Source: Spirochaetia bacterium | GTDB taxonomy: Bacteria > Spirochaetota > Spirochaetia > UBA9216 | Reading direction: 5' to 3' | DNA length: 64,000 nucleotides | Assembly: GCA_965140585.1 (NCBI GenBank) | Contig: OZ223264.1 | Coordinates: 160,001-224,000, forward strand | Part shown: in pieces, positions 41,208-51,388 of the stretch | Layout: every line of letters starts with the position of its first letter | Position numbering within the stretch: the stretch's first letter is position 1 | Made by a program: the position numbers and the translations under genes | Notes under the pieces: generated by a model | What the model was told of the DNA's origin: nothing | Seen by the model: the letters and a program-made list of their open reading frames with translations, nothing else | Database searches by the model: none

Positions 41208-42902
41208 ATGAAATATTCAAGTCTCTTTGGTAATAACACTCTCAGGCACAGTTCAGGCAAGGCGAAGGCTGCTAGTTTTTCCCTGCTCCACAGGGGGGGA
41301 TACATAAGATCGGTCGGTCCCGGTCTTTTTGCCATGATGCCGCTGGGAATGAGGGTTATGGACAAGCTTAAGGGTGTAATTCGAGAAGAACTTGAGAATC
41401 TGGGCGGACAGGAAATTGAAATTCCTCTTGTTGTTCCGCAGAATCTCTGGAAGAAAACAGGAAGAGACCAGCTGATTGGACGTGAGCTTATCAGGTTTTC
41501 AGACCGTACAGGACATAATCTTGTGCTTTCAACAAGTCATCTTGAACCTATCACCCAGATTGCACGAATGGCCATTAATAGCTATCGTGATGTCCCCAGA
41601 TTTCTGTATCAGTTCCAGACAAAGTACCGGGATGAGGAAAAAGTTAAGAATGGATTGTTCAGAGCAAAGGAATTTGTAATGAATGATGCATACTCCTTCC
41701 ATCGTTCATATGTTGATTTGAATATCTTTTTCCCGAAGGTTTTTAAAGCCTACGAAAAGATTTTTGAAAGATGTCAGGTACCTTTTGTTACGGCGGAATC
41801 TGCTGTTGGTTCACTTTCAGGCGACAGGGCATATGAATTTCTTATGCCCAGTGAAATAGGTGACGATCGTGTAATCACCTGTCCTTCCTGCGGTTACACT
41901 GCTAATCGTGATATAGCCGTTGGAAAAAAATCAATAATTAATGAAATACCAGTGATGTCCAGTGAAATAAATTCTCCCCAGTACGCAGGTGTACATGATC
42001 TGGCCAGGGCTTTAAAAATACCCCTGCCGCGGATTGCAGTCACTTCCCTGTATAAAACTCTCAAGGACTGGGTTCTGGTAACCTACAGAGCAGATTATGA
42101 AATAAGCAATGAAAAGCTCTCCAGGTTTCTGGAAGAACCTGTTATCGGTCCGGCTACGCAGGAGGAGGTTGCCTCCTTCGGGCTGCAGCCCGGGTTTTTA
42201 TTTCCGTCTGCTGAAATTACAGGTTTCAGGCATGTTGTTGATGATCTTGTTGCCCAGTCTGCGAATCTTGTAGTCGGTGCCGATAAACCCGGCAAACATA
42301 TAGTAAATGCCAACTTCGGGCGTGATTTTGAAAGTGAACTGATAGGTGATATTGTAAGTATTCATGCAAAGGATCTTTGTACGCAGTGTGAAACTCCGAT
42401 GAAGGAGTTTGCAGCTCTTGAAGTCGGGAATGTCTTCAAACTTGGGGATTTTTATTCAAAATCTATAGGCCTGTCCTTCACTGAAGAAAACGGCGGAGTA
42501 GGTTATCCGCACATGGGTTCCTACGGTATTGGCCTTGGCCGGCTCATGGGAGCTGTTGTTGAAGCGAACCATGATGAGCAGGGAATTATATGGCCGATGG
42601 AACTTACTCCATACTGCTTCTACCTTATGGGTATCGGGAAATCTCTCAGGGTCAAGAAGGTTGTTGATTCACTTGCTGAGGATCTTGGTTCAATGGTTCT
42701 GTTTGATGACCGTCATGAATCCATAGGTGTTAAATTCAAGGATTTTGATCTTCTTGGAATTCCCTACAGGATTGTCATCTCTACAAAGAGTCTTGAAGAT
42801 GGAAATGCAGAGTTTTATGAAAGAAAAACCCGGAAAACATGGCGTGTTCCGGTTGGAGATGTCTATTCTGAATGTACAAAACTGATTAATAGTGACTTCT
42901 GA
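41208..42902 (+). CDS. proS: Bacterial-type prolyl-tRNA synthetase (divergent, possible paralogue)
   Basis: Motif 2 YQ.QTKYRDE...EF.M.DAYSF, INS domain, motif 3 EVGNVFKLG...MGSYGIG, and anticodon domain DDR....G.KF.D.DL.GIP. Confidence 0.8.
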   Translation: MKYSSLFGNNTLRHSSGKAKAASFSLLHRGGYIRSVGPGLFAMMPLGMRVMDKLKGVIREELENLGGQEIEIPLVVPQNLWKKTGRDQLIGRELIRFSDRTGHNLVLSTSHLEPITQIARMAINSYRDVPRFLYQFQTKYRDEEKVKNGLFRAKEFVMNDAYSFHRSYVDLNIFFPKVFKAYEKIFERCQVPFVTAESAVGSLSGDRAYEFLMPSEIGDDRVITCPSCGYTANRDIAVGKKSIINEIPVMSSEINSPQYAGVHDLARALKIPLPRIAVTSLYKTLKDWVLVTYRADYEISNEKLSRFLEEPVIGPATQEEVASFGLQPGFLFPSAEITGFRHVVDDLVAQSANLVVGADKPGKHIVNANFGRDFESELIGDIVSIHAKDLCTQCETPMKEFAALEVGNVFKLGDFYSKSIGLSFTEENGGVGYPHMGSYGIGLGRLMGAVVEANHDEQGIIWPMELTPYCFYLMGIGKSLRVKKVVDSLAEDLGSMVLFDDRHESIGVKFKDFDLLGIPYRIVISTKSLEDGNAEFYERKTRKTWRVPVGDVYSECTKLINSDF

Positions 42903-43008
42903 CCGTTAAATTATTAGTTTATAAGACGAAGAAAATTTATTCTTGGCAAGTGAGTTAAAATAAATTAAACTGTTAGATCGTAAAACAAAAATTCAAAAGG
43001 AGAATTTC

Positions 43009-44634
43009 ATGAACATGAAAAAACTGATCGTTGCAGCACTGCTGATCCTGATGATCGTTCCTGCCTTTACCTTTGCAGGCGGTAAGCAGGAAGCTTCTAC
43101 CGGTACCGAAGCCGCACCCGCCGCTAAGGCTGAACCAGTCGTATTTAAAATCAATAATGGTACTGAGCCGGAATCTCTGGATCCGACTGTTATCGAAGGT
43201 GTTCCTGAGCACAGACTCTATACAGCGCTTTTTGAAGGCCTTGTAACCTATGACCCGGAATCTCTTGATGCTATTCCCGGAACAGCCGAAAGCTGGGAAG
43301 TTTCAGACGATGCACTGACATGGACTTTTTATCTTAGAAAAAATGCTAAATGGTCTGATGGAACCCCAATTACTGCTCAGCAGTTTGTTGATTCATGGAT
43401 AAAGTATCTTTCTCCTGAAACAGCTGCTGTATACGCCTACCTTCCAGCAATGGTAATTAAGGGTGCTGCAGAATATAACGCTGGTGAAGCCGGCCCGGAA
43501 ACAGTTGCGATCAGGGCTCTTGATGACTATACATTCCAGTTTGAGCTTACAGGACCTGCACCTTATGTGCTTGGTATGCTTACACATTATTCATTTGCAG
43601 TTCTTCCGCTTCATGCAATGGAAAAATACGGTGATGAATGGACCAGACCTGAAAATATGGTATCGAACGGTCCGTTTGTGTTAAAAAACTGGATTCCTCA
43701 GGATAAGATTATTGTTGAAAAGAACCAGAATTACTGGGATAAAGATAATGTAAAGCTTGATGAAATAGTTTTCTTTGCAACCGATGATGGAAATACCGCA
43801 ACCAACATGTATCTGAACGGTGAAATTGATTGGTTGACTGATACTCCTCCAAATAGACTTGATGAAATGAAACTTGATAAGGGATATGCAAACAATGCAT
43901 CTTTTATTACTTATTACTATGAATTTAATACAACAATAGCACCTTTCGATGATGTTCGCGTTAGAAAGGCTCTCTCAATGGCTATAGACAGACAGGAACT
44001 TGTTGACAAGGTTACTAGAGGCGGCCAGTTCCCTGCATTCGGTCTTACTCCTCCTCTTCCCGGACTTTATCCCAAAGTTGTAGCCTTTAAAGAAGATGCT
44101 GAAGCTGCAAGAAAACTGCTTGCAGAAGCTGGCTTCCCAGGCGGTGCTGGTTTTCCTGAAACCACCATTATTTATAATACTAACGAAGGTCACAAAAACA
44201 TAGCTCAGTATGTACAGCAGAAATGGACTGAAGTTCTTGGTATCAATGTACAGATTGAAAACCAGGAATGGGCGACCTTCCTTGATAACAGGCAGAACCA
44301 GAACTTTCAGGTTGCAAGATCAGGATGGCAGGGAGACTATGTAGATCCTAATACGTTCCTTACTGACCTCCTTTACTCAGGTTCAGGAAACAATGATGGA
44401 AAATACAACAGCCCTGAGTATGATGCTCTTCTTGCAAAAGCAGCTCTTATGCCCGGCGGAAAAGCACGATTCGATGTTCTTCGACAGGCTGAAGAACTTG
44501 CGATCGGTCAGGATATGGCTGTTATGCCTTTCTACTACTACACAGCTTTGAACTGGGTTGATACTGATGTATGGGGAGGATGGTATCCTACAGTACAGGA
44601 TGTTCACCCTGTAAAGAGTATTTATAAAAAATAA
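43009..44634 (+). CDS. oppA: Oligopeptide ABC transporter substrate-binding protein
   Basis: NGTEPESLDP, LFEGLV, KWSDG.PITA, NGPF and RSGWQGDY.D. Confidence 0.93.
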   Translation: MNMKKLIVAALLILMIVPAFTFAGGKQEASTGTEAAPAAKAEPVVFKINNGTEPESLDPTVIEGVPEHRLYTALFEGLVTYDPESLDAIPGTAESWEVSDDALTWTFYLRKNAKWSDGTPITAQQFVDSWIKYLSPETAAVYAYLPAMVIKGAAEYNAGEAGPETVAIRALDDYTFQFELTGPAPYVLGMLTHYSFAVLPLHAMEKYGDEWTRPENMVSNGPFVLKNWIPQDKIIVEKNQNYWDKDNVKLDEIVFFATDDGNTATNMYLNGEIDWLTDTPPNRLDEMKLDKGYANNASFITYYYEFNTTIAPFDDVRVRKALSMAIDRQELVDKVTRGGQFPAFGLTPPLPGLYPKVVAFKEDAEAARKLLAEAGFPGGAGFPETTIIYNTNEGHKNIAQYVQQKWTEVLGINVQIENQEWATFLDNRQNQNFQVARSGWQGDYVDPNTFLTDLLYSGSGNNDGKYNSPEYDALLAKAALMPGGKARFDVLRQAEELAIGQDMAVMPFYYYTALNWVDTDVWGGWYPTVQDVHPVKSIYKK

Positions 44635-44667
44635 GACTATCACGGCGGAACTTCCCCCGGGTTAAAT

Positions 44668-44703
44668 AAAAAGGCAGCTCCCTATCGGAAGCTGCCTTTT
44701 TTT
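44668..44703 (+). terminator. Terminator after oppA
   Basis: AAAAAGGCAGCT..AGCTGCCTTTTTTT. Confidence 0.75.
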
Positions 44704-44867
44704 GAATTTAGTTCATTAGCACCCGTATTTCCATGAACAGCAGAACTTTACCTTGAAATTCCGGTAATTCATATATATAATCACTTGTTTACGGAAAAGT
44801 AACTTCATAACCAATGAAGCAGCTAAAAACAGAAAATTAACCAAACTGTTTTTTACAAGGGGAAAAT

Positions 44868-45794
44868 ATGTCTAAATTTATTATTAGACGCGCTCTCGGT
44901 TTAATTCCTACTATGCTGATCATCATCACGATCTGTTTCTTTCTTATCCGAGTCGCGCCGGGCGGGCCCTTCAGTTCTGAAAAGAAGATCCCTATCCAGA
45001 TTATGAAAAATATCGAAAAAAAGTATCACATGGATGAACCGCTTATCCAGCAATACGGACGTTATCTGGTAAATGTTCTCCGGGGAGATCTTGGTCCTTC
45101 TTTTAAATATAAGGATTACGATGTAAATTATTACATTGGGCAGGGCCTTCCGAATTCGCTTATTCTTGGAACAGTATCTATTATTCTCGCTGTGATTTTG
45201 GGTATTGCTGCCGGAATGTTTTCGGCACTGCGTCAGAATACCTGGGTTGATTATACCTGGATGTCGTTTGCGGTAGTTGGAATTTCAGTTCCTACCTTCG
45301 TTATTGGGCCGGTATTGATGTACTTATTTTCAATGAAGCTCGGATGGCTCCCTGTTGCCGGCTGGCTTGATGAATATGGAGCCATTGCTCTTATCCTTCC
45401 TGTTATTACACTGTTCTATCAGTATTTTGCTACTATTGCACGTTTGTCGAGGGCGAGTTTCCTTGAATCAATAAGATCAGACTACGTACGAACCGCAAAG
45501 GCAAAGGGGCTTAAAACATCGTATATAATGCTTAAGCATGTTCTTAAGGGTGCATCGCTGCCGGTTGTAAGTTATCTCGGCCCGGCTTTTTCCGGAATTA
45601 TCACCGGTTCAATTGTTGTTGAACAGATTTTCCGTGTTCCCGGACTCGGCCGTCACTTTGTGCAGTCTGCATTTAATCGTGATTACACCATGATTATGGG
45701 TACTGTAATTGTTTACTCACTTATCCTGGTGGTAATGAACTTCCTAGTTGATGTTCTTTACGGATATCTTGACCCAAGAATTTCATACAGTTAG
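44868..45794 (+). CDS. oppB: Oligopeptide ABC permease
   Basis: APGGPF, GDLGPS, DYVRTA.AKGL and LDPRI. Confidence 0.95.
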   Translation: MSKFIIRRALGLIPTMLIIITICFFLIRVAPGGPFSSEKKIPIQIMKNIEKKYHMDEPLIQQYGRYLVNVLRGDLGPSFKYKDYDVNYYIGQGLPNSLILGTVSIILAVILGIAAGMFSALRQNTWVDYTWMSFAVVGISVPTFVIGPVLMYLFSMKLGWLPVAGWLDEYGAIALILPVITLFYQYFATIARLSRASFLESIRSDYVRTAKAKGLKTSYIMLKHVLKGASLPVVSYLGPAFSGIITGSIVVEQIFRVPGLGRHFVQSAFNRDYTMIMGTVIVYSLILVVMNFLVDVLYGYLDPRISYS

Positions 45795-45838
45795 GGAGTT
45801 GTCATGAGCGAAGTAATAAAAGAACAGAAGACAATAAG

Positions 45839-46894
45839 ATGGTTAATGAACTTAACCAGCCAGTAAAGGGTGTAAGCCTCTGGCTCGATGCCTGGAGACG
45901 GCTTCGAAAAAATAAGATGTCAATGATAGGTTTGATTCTGATGGTGATTTACGCGATCATTTCACTTTCAGCAGGAATACTCCCTATTTATTCATATAAA
46001 CAGCAGGTTCTTGAACATCAGTACCTTCCTCCTTCTACCAGGACAGCAGGAGAATTGATGGTTGAGAAAAAGGTTGATCTTCTAAATAGAATTGCAGCGA
46101 AAGAAAACCGAGAGCTGAAACCTTCCGAGATTGAGGAAATTGATGAGCTTAAGGAACGAGTTGCAACAGAGAAAAAGGTTCTGCTTTCAGGTGAAGAAGT
46201 TATGGTCCATCAACGTATATACCTGCTTGGAACTGATGAGCTTGGTCGAGATCTTCTTTCAAGAATAATATATGGTGGTCAGGTTTCAATTATGATAGGT
46301 CTCATTGGAGCAATTGCGACTGCTGTTATCGGTGTAGTTCTCGGAGCTCTTTCTGGTTACTTAGGTGGAACTTTTGATACCCTGATGATGCGATTTGTTG
46401 ATATCATGTACTCGCTGCCCTACATGCTGCTGGTTATCATTATGATGGCCATATGGGGTAAAAGTATTACCAACCTATTCCTGGCCCTCGCTCTGGTGAG
46501 TTGGCTGACTGTCTGCCGTGTTGTCCGCGGACAGATAATATCACTTAAAAACTCGGAATTTGTTGAAGCTGCCAGAGCCGCCGGAGCAAGTACTGCAAGA
46601 ATAGTTTTCAAGCATCTTATACCTAACACCATGAGTGTTATTGTTGTTTATACAACGCTGAGGGTTCCGGCCTTCATAATGCTTGAAGCCTTCCTTTCAT
46701 TTCTTGGTCTCGGAGTTCAGGCTCCGTATGCCTCTTGGGGTGTTCTTATCCATGACGGGGTTTATGCTATGACAAATTATCCATGGATGCTCTGGTTCCC
46801 CGCTGTTGCAATGACAGTCTTTCTGTTTTCGATGAACTTCTTCGGAGACGGACTGCGTGACGCTCTGGATCCTCAGAGTAAGAATAAACTATAA
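45839..46894 (+). CDS. oppC: Oligopeptide ABC permease (true start probably 45804 with a frameshift)
   Basis: LGTDELGRDL.SR, EFVEAARA.GA and GDGLRDALDP. Confidence 0.92.
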   Translation: MVNELNQPVKGVSLWLDAWRRLRKNKMSMIGLILMVIYAIISLSAGILPIYSYKQQVLEHQYLPPSTRTAGELMVEKKVDLLNRIAAKENRELKPSEIEEIDELKERVATEKKVLLSGEEVMVHQRIYLLGTDELGRDLLSRIIYGGQVSIMIGLIGAIATAVIGVVLGALSGYLGGTFDTLMMRFVDIMYSLPYMLLVIIMMAIWGKSITNLFLALALVSWLTVCRVVRGQIISLKNSEFVEAARAAGASTARIVFKHLIPNTMSVIVVYTTLRVPAFIMLEAFLSFLGLGVQAPYASWGVLIHDGVYAMTNYPWMLWFPAVAMTVFLFSMNFFGDGLRDALDPQSKNKL

Positions 46895-46908
46895 GGACGG
46901 GGCGTTTA

Positions 46909-47901
46909 ATGAGTGATGTAATATTAGAGGTTAAAGACCTTAGAACATATTTTAATACGGATGACGGCGTAGTTAAGGCTGTTGACGGTGTTTCCTTCCA
47001 GCTGAAGAAGGGTGAGATGCTTGGAATTGTAGGTGAGTCCGGTTCAGGTAAATCAGTTACGAACCTTTCGCTTATGAAACTGATTCCTTCCCCTCCCGGA
47101 AAAATAATGGGAGGAGAGGCTCTGCTTGACGGTGAGGACATCTTCAAGATGAACGAAGCCGAGATCAGGAAGCTTCGTGGAAACAGGATTTCGATGATTT
47201 TCCAGGATCCGATGACAAGCCTTAATCCATTTCTCAGAATCTCAACACAGATGATTGAGACAATCATGCTGCATCAGGATCTTGATAAAGATGATGCACG
47301 CAAGAGAGCGGTAGAAATGCTTGAGATGGTTGGAATCCCCAACCCGTCAAAGCGAATCAATGATTACCCGCACCAGTTCTCCGGCGGTATGCGCCAGAGG
47401 GTAATGATTGCAATGGCGCTCAGCTGTGACCCTGAGATTCTAATTGCCGATGAGCCTACATCAGCTCTTGATGTAACAATTCAGGCACAGATTATTGAGG
47501 TAATGCAGGAACTCTGCAGAAAGATGAATACTGCTGTAATCATGATTACACACGACCTTGGTGTAGTTGCCGGAATCTGTGATACTGTCTGCGTTATGTA
47601 CGCCGGCCGTATTGTTGAGAAGGGGACCAACGATGAGATTTTCAAGGAACCCAGGCATCCATATACTCAGGGCTTGATAAAGTCAGTTCCCAGGCTTGAT
47701 AAGCCGACTGATGAGAAGCTTTACTCTATCAAAGGCCAGCCGCCTAACGTAATTGATTTACCCGAATGCTGTCCTTTCCATCCACGCTGTGAAAAGGCTA
47801 TGGATAAATGCCGTAATACATATCCTCCAAGAATAGAATTTGGTGAAGGCCGTCAGGTCACAGATGCTGGCTTTATGAGGAGGAAAAATAATGGCAGATA
47901 A
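46909..47901 (+). CDS. oppD: Oligopeptide ABC ATP-binding protein
   Basis: [21 protein letters not shown] and HPYT.GL. Confidence 0.93.
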   Translation: MSDVILEVKDLRTYFNTDDGVVKAVDGVSFQLKKGEMLGIVGESGSGKSVTNLSLMKLIPSPPGKIMGGEALLDGEDIFKMNEAEIRKLRGNRISMIFQDPMTSLNPFLRISTQMIETIMLHQDLDKDDARKRAVEMLEMVGIPNPSKRINDYPHQFSGGMRQRVMIAMALSCDPEILIADEPTSALDVTIQAQIIEVMQELCRKMNTAVIMITHDLGVVAGICDTVCVMYAGRIVEKGTNDEIFKEPRHPYTQGLIKSVPRLDKPTDEKLYSIKGQPPNVIDLPECCPFHPRCEKAMDKCRNTYPPRIEFGEGRQVTDAGFMRRKNNGR

Positions 47902-48886
47902 TACACTTCTTCAGGTTAAGAACCTGAAAATGCATTTCCCCATTGAAGAAGGGGTAATTCTTAAAAAGAAAGTCGGCGCCATTCGTGCAATTGACGGCAT
48001 AGACTTTGAGATAGAGAAGGGTGAAACCCTCGGGCTCGTCGGTGAGTCAGGATGCGGAAAATCCACAACAGCAAGATGTATAGCCCAGCTCCATAAACCG
48101 ACCTCAGGTGAGGTTATCTATGAAGGTGTGGATCTGTGCAATGCAAAGGAGCATGACTTGCTTCAGGCAAGAAAGGGCATCCAGATGGTTTTTCAGGATC
48201 CCTACGCTTCGCTGAACCCCAGGATGACAGCAGGCAATATTATTGCCGAACCGATGGTTATCTACAAAAACCGGGGAATGCTGAAGATGTCCCAGCAGCA
48301 GATTAATGCCAGGGTTGAAGACCTTATGGAAAAGGTTGGTCTGTCAAGGTTCTTTAAAAACCGTTATCCGCATGAGTTTTCAGGCGGACAGAGACAGCGA
48401 ATCGGCGTTGCCCGTGCGCTTGCCCTGAACCCGAAGCTGATTCTTGCTGATGAGCCGGTTTCAGCTCTCGATGTTTCAATCCAGTCCCAGATTCTGAACC
48501 TTCTGGATGATCTGCAGAAGGAATTTGATCTTACCTTCCTGTTCATTGCACACGATCTTGCTGTTATTCAGCATATCAGTACCCGTGTTGCGGTAATGTA
48601 CCTTGGAAAGATAGTTGAAATATCAAAGGCTGACGAACTGTACAAGCGGCCGCTTCATCCGTATACCGAAGCCCTCCTTTCTGCAGTTCCGATTCCTGAT
48701 CCTGATATTGAGCGCAACCGAAAGAGAATTATTCTTTCTGGGGATGTTCCTTCTCCAGATCGCGAACGTTCAGGATGTTATTTCTATGATCGCTGTCCCA
48801 AAAAAATGGATAAGTGTAAAAGCAACATTCCTCAGCTCAAAGAGCAGGGCGAGAAGCATCAGGTAGCCTGCTTTCTTTACGAGTAG
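47891..48886 (+). CDS. oppF: Oligopeptide ABC ATP-binding protein
   Basis: GESGCGKS, FSGGQRQR, DEPVSALD and HQVAC. Confidence 0.93.
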   Translation: MADNTLLQVKNLKMHFPIEEGVILKKKVGAIRAIDGIDFEIEKGETLGLVGESGCGKSTTARCIAQLHKPTSGEVIYEGVDLCNAKEHDLLQARKGIQMVFQDPYASLNPRMTAGNIIAEPMVIYKNRGMLKMSQQQINARVEDLMEKVGLSRFFKNRYPHEFSGGQRQRIGVARALALNPKLILADEPVSALDVSIQSQILNLLDDLQKEFDLTFLFIAHDLAVIQHISTRVAVMYLGKIVEISKADELYKRPLHPYTEALLSAVPIPDPDIERNRKRIILSGDVPSPDRERSGCYFYDRCPKKMDKCKSNIPQLKEQGEKHQVACFLYE

Positions 48887-48910
48887 CTTGATTTTTAATT
48901 GATTATACAG

Positions 48911-48937
48911 CCGTCTGGAATCCCGGACGGTTTTTTT
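48911..48937 (+). terminator. Terminator after oppF
   Basis: CCGTCTGG-AATC-CCGGACGG followed by a T tract. Confidence 0.65.
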
Positions 48938-49532
48938 ATTCTTTCACAAGTGTCAGACCGGTGAAATCAGATAGAATCCCTGCCTTCTTTTCAAGTGCAT
49001 CGGTACCGCGGCTGTCTATAGTTTCAATTTTCACAGATCTGCCGTCACTGATATTTAAGAGCAGTTCCTGGTGATATTTCGGATGTATGATTCTGGGCAG
49101 CCTCTGCGCACTTATTCCGTCAGCGTGCCTCGCTCTCGGACGGCCGATCTCGATCTGGTGATCCGCCGTTCCGTCAGATTCAGCGCCTCTTAGAAAAATA
49201 ACAAGCTGGAGTGATTCTGAATCGTCAAAGCTGTATACAGATTTTTTAGAAAGTATTTTCAGCCCGAATCGGTGATATATCATCCTCTGCTTTCGATCGA
49301 AGATCCAGAGCTCTTCATAAAGCATTCCGGCCAGACAGAAGATTCCAATTAGTGCAGGGACTATTAATCTGCTCATCGGTTCGCCTGATGCCTTCAGATC
49401 TCCATAGACTGCATATAAACCGACGGCTATTGCTGCCGTCAAAACAAGAAAAAGTATTCTGAACCACGGTGCGGGAGAGAATATTATAATATCATCTGAT
49501 TTTCGTCGTAATACTAGGTTCAGAGTAGGCAT
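48936..49532 (-). CDS. Hypothetical membrane protein
   Basis: Two TM segments; RBS AAGGA. Confidence 0.65.
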   Translation of the reverse strand: MPTLNLVLRRKSDDIIIFSPAPWFRILFLVLTAAIAVGLYAVYGDLKASGEPMSRLIVPALIGIFCLAGMLYEELWIFDRKQRMIYHRFGLKILSKKSVYSFDDSESLQLVIFLRGAESDGTADHQIEIGRPRARHADGISAQRLPRIIHPKYHQELLLNISDGRSVKIETIDSRGTDALEKKAGILSDFTGLTLVKE

Positions 49533-49645
49533 TACTGGTTCCTTCTTAAATCTTGGATTTTCTATTACATGTCAATCATACCCCGAATATTTTAGGCAGG
49601 CAATAACGGTTTAAACATTATTTATTTGATGCTACAATCGGCCCG

Positions 49646-50596
49646 ATGTTTTGTTTTTACAGAAGAATTGCTGCATCTGTGCTGCTTTTGTTGTTCGTTC
49701 TGCTGCCTGGTTACGGGCAGGATTTAATTGAAAACGGATTGACTGTTGCCGGTGTCCAGTATGAAATAGATATTAACAATTATAAGAGTCTTAACAGCTT
49801 CTTTGCCGGAGTCGAGGATATTCTTGATGAAGTTCTGGAAAGCTGTGAGCCTGATTTAGTAGTATTTCCTGAATATACAGGTGTATTTGTACAGCTTATT
49901 CCATATTTCAGTAAGGTGAAATCATATGACAGTTTCGCTTCTGCACTTGGGTCTCTAGTTCAGGCTGACAATGATATTGATAACCTTACTGATGTATTTC
50001 TGAATACAGAGGAAATTCTGGACAGCGCCCTTTTAAGATGGGCTGAACTTTCTTCGGAATACGGTGTTTATATTCTGGCCGGAAGTTTTTTTGTCCCTGA
50101 TGATGAAGACGGAACTGTCCGGAACCGGACCTATGTATTCAATCCGGAGGGCGTGCTGGAGTATACACAGGATAAGGTTTTTCTGACAGAATTTGAGACT
50201 GATATTGTAGGTCTTGAGCCCGGTAAAATAAGCGAGGCCGAACTGTTCCGGGTCAGCGGCTACAGTATAGGTGTGTCTATCTGCCGTGATACATATTTTC
50301 CTGACTGGGAGGAAAGATTTCAGGATGCTTTTCTATGGATAGATATTAAAGCAAATGGTGAAATCTTTGACAGGGAGCAGCAGCGCAGTTTTATGAGGGC
50401 TCTGCCTGCAAGAATTGCCGAATCGGAAGTAGATTACGGAATGACGGTATGTACAGTCGGTTCATATCTGGATCTTCTATGGGAGGGTCGTTCTTCCATA
50501 ATTGAGTCGGACAACGGCCAGGTTCGATATGATTCAAAGGCCGAAACTGCAGACAGCTATGATCTGATTATTTTCAGTACAGACTATTTACAGTGA
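49646..50596 (+). CDS. Carbon-nitrogen hydrolase family protein
   Basis: Catalytic E-K-C triad in VFPEY, QDKVFL and ICRD. Confidence 0.85.
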   Translation: MFCFYRRIAASVLLLLFVLLPGYGQDLIENGLTVAGVQYEIDINNYKSLNSFFAGVEDILDEVLESCEPDLVVFPEYTGVFVQLIPYFSKVKSYDSFASALGSLVQADNDIDNLTDVFLNTEEILDSALLRWAELSSEYGVYILAGSFFVPDDEDGTVRNRTYVFNPEGVLEYTQDKVFLTEFETDIVGLEPGKISEAELFRVSGYSIGVSICRDTYFPDWEERFQDAFLWIDIKANGEIFDREQQRSFMRALPARIAESEVDYGMTVCTVGSYLDLLWEGRSSIIESDNGQVRYDSKAETADSYDLIIFSTDYLQ

Positions 50597-51278
50597 GCAT
50601 TGAGACAAGTTCACCGAATATATCAATGGCTTTTGAGCCGTTGAGAGGATCTGCCATGGCTGTTCCGTCAACAATGAATTTATACTTATATTTTCCATTT
50701 GTGATTCTCAATCTTGTTGAATAAACCCCGTTGCTGCCTATCTCATTAAGTCTGTACATGAAGGGATCCCAGTTGTTAAAGTCGCCGTATACATATACCA
50801 TCTGCCCCGGCGCTCCCCTGTAGGTGAATGTGACCTGCTCGCCGGACACATCCGGTGAGACCAGAAGTTTTTCTTTCTGCGGCAGCTGATATTTAGAAAA
50901 ATACACACCGCCGAAATCCTTTTGTACTACCGGATTCGTAGGATCAGTCATCCACAGCCCATCCACAACCAGCCTGTACTCAACTTCCTCCAGATCCTTT
51001 GGAAGAGCATAAGTCAGTATGTAGACTCCGTTTGTATTCACATAGAAGGGATGGATCTGCTTGAAATCTTCATGTCTGAATGCGGCGCCGACAAAGCGGT
51101 AGTTCCTGCTTCCCTTATAGGTTAGAACCAGGTGATTGTCAATTATTTCCGGAGGTGAAGACGCAGTGGCTTCAGTGATAGCAAAATGAAGCCTCACGGT
51201 GACCTCTTCTTCAGCGGCAAAGAGCGGAAAAACTGACAGTATAACTGTAAAAACAGCAATAATTACGCGGTATTTCAT
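50574..51278 (-). CDS. Secreted protein with tandem CBM48/AMPK-type glycogen-binding domains
   Basis: YRLVVDG.W..DP.N and GDFNNWDP...YKFIVDG...DP.N. Confidence 0.85.
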   Translation of the reverse strand: MKYRVIIAVFTVILSVFPLFAAEEEVTVRLHFAITEATASSPPEIIDNHLVLTYKGSRNYRFVGAAFRHEDFKQIHPFYVNTNGVYILTYALPKDLEEVEYRLVVDGLWMTDPTNPVVQKDFGGVYFSKYQLPQKEKLLVSPDVSGEQVTFTYRGAPGQMVYVYGDFNNWDPFMYRLNEIGSNGVYSTRLRITNGKYKYKFIVDGTAMADPLNGSKAIDIFGELVSMLTVNSLY

Positions 51279-51388
51279 ATACTGTTTTATTTTTCGGTGA
51301 CAGATTGTCGCCTCTTGAGATATAATTTTAAATATCCATAAGGATATAAAAACCTAAGAAGCAGCCGGTAAATTACCGAAATTCAAGT

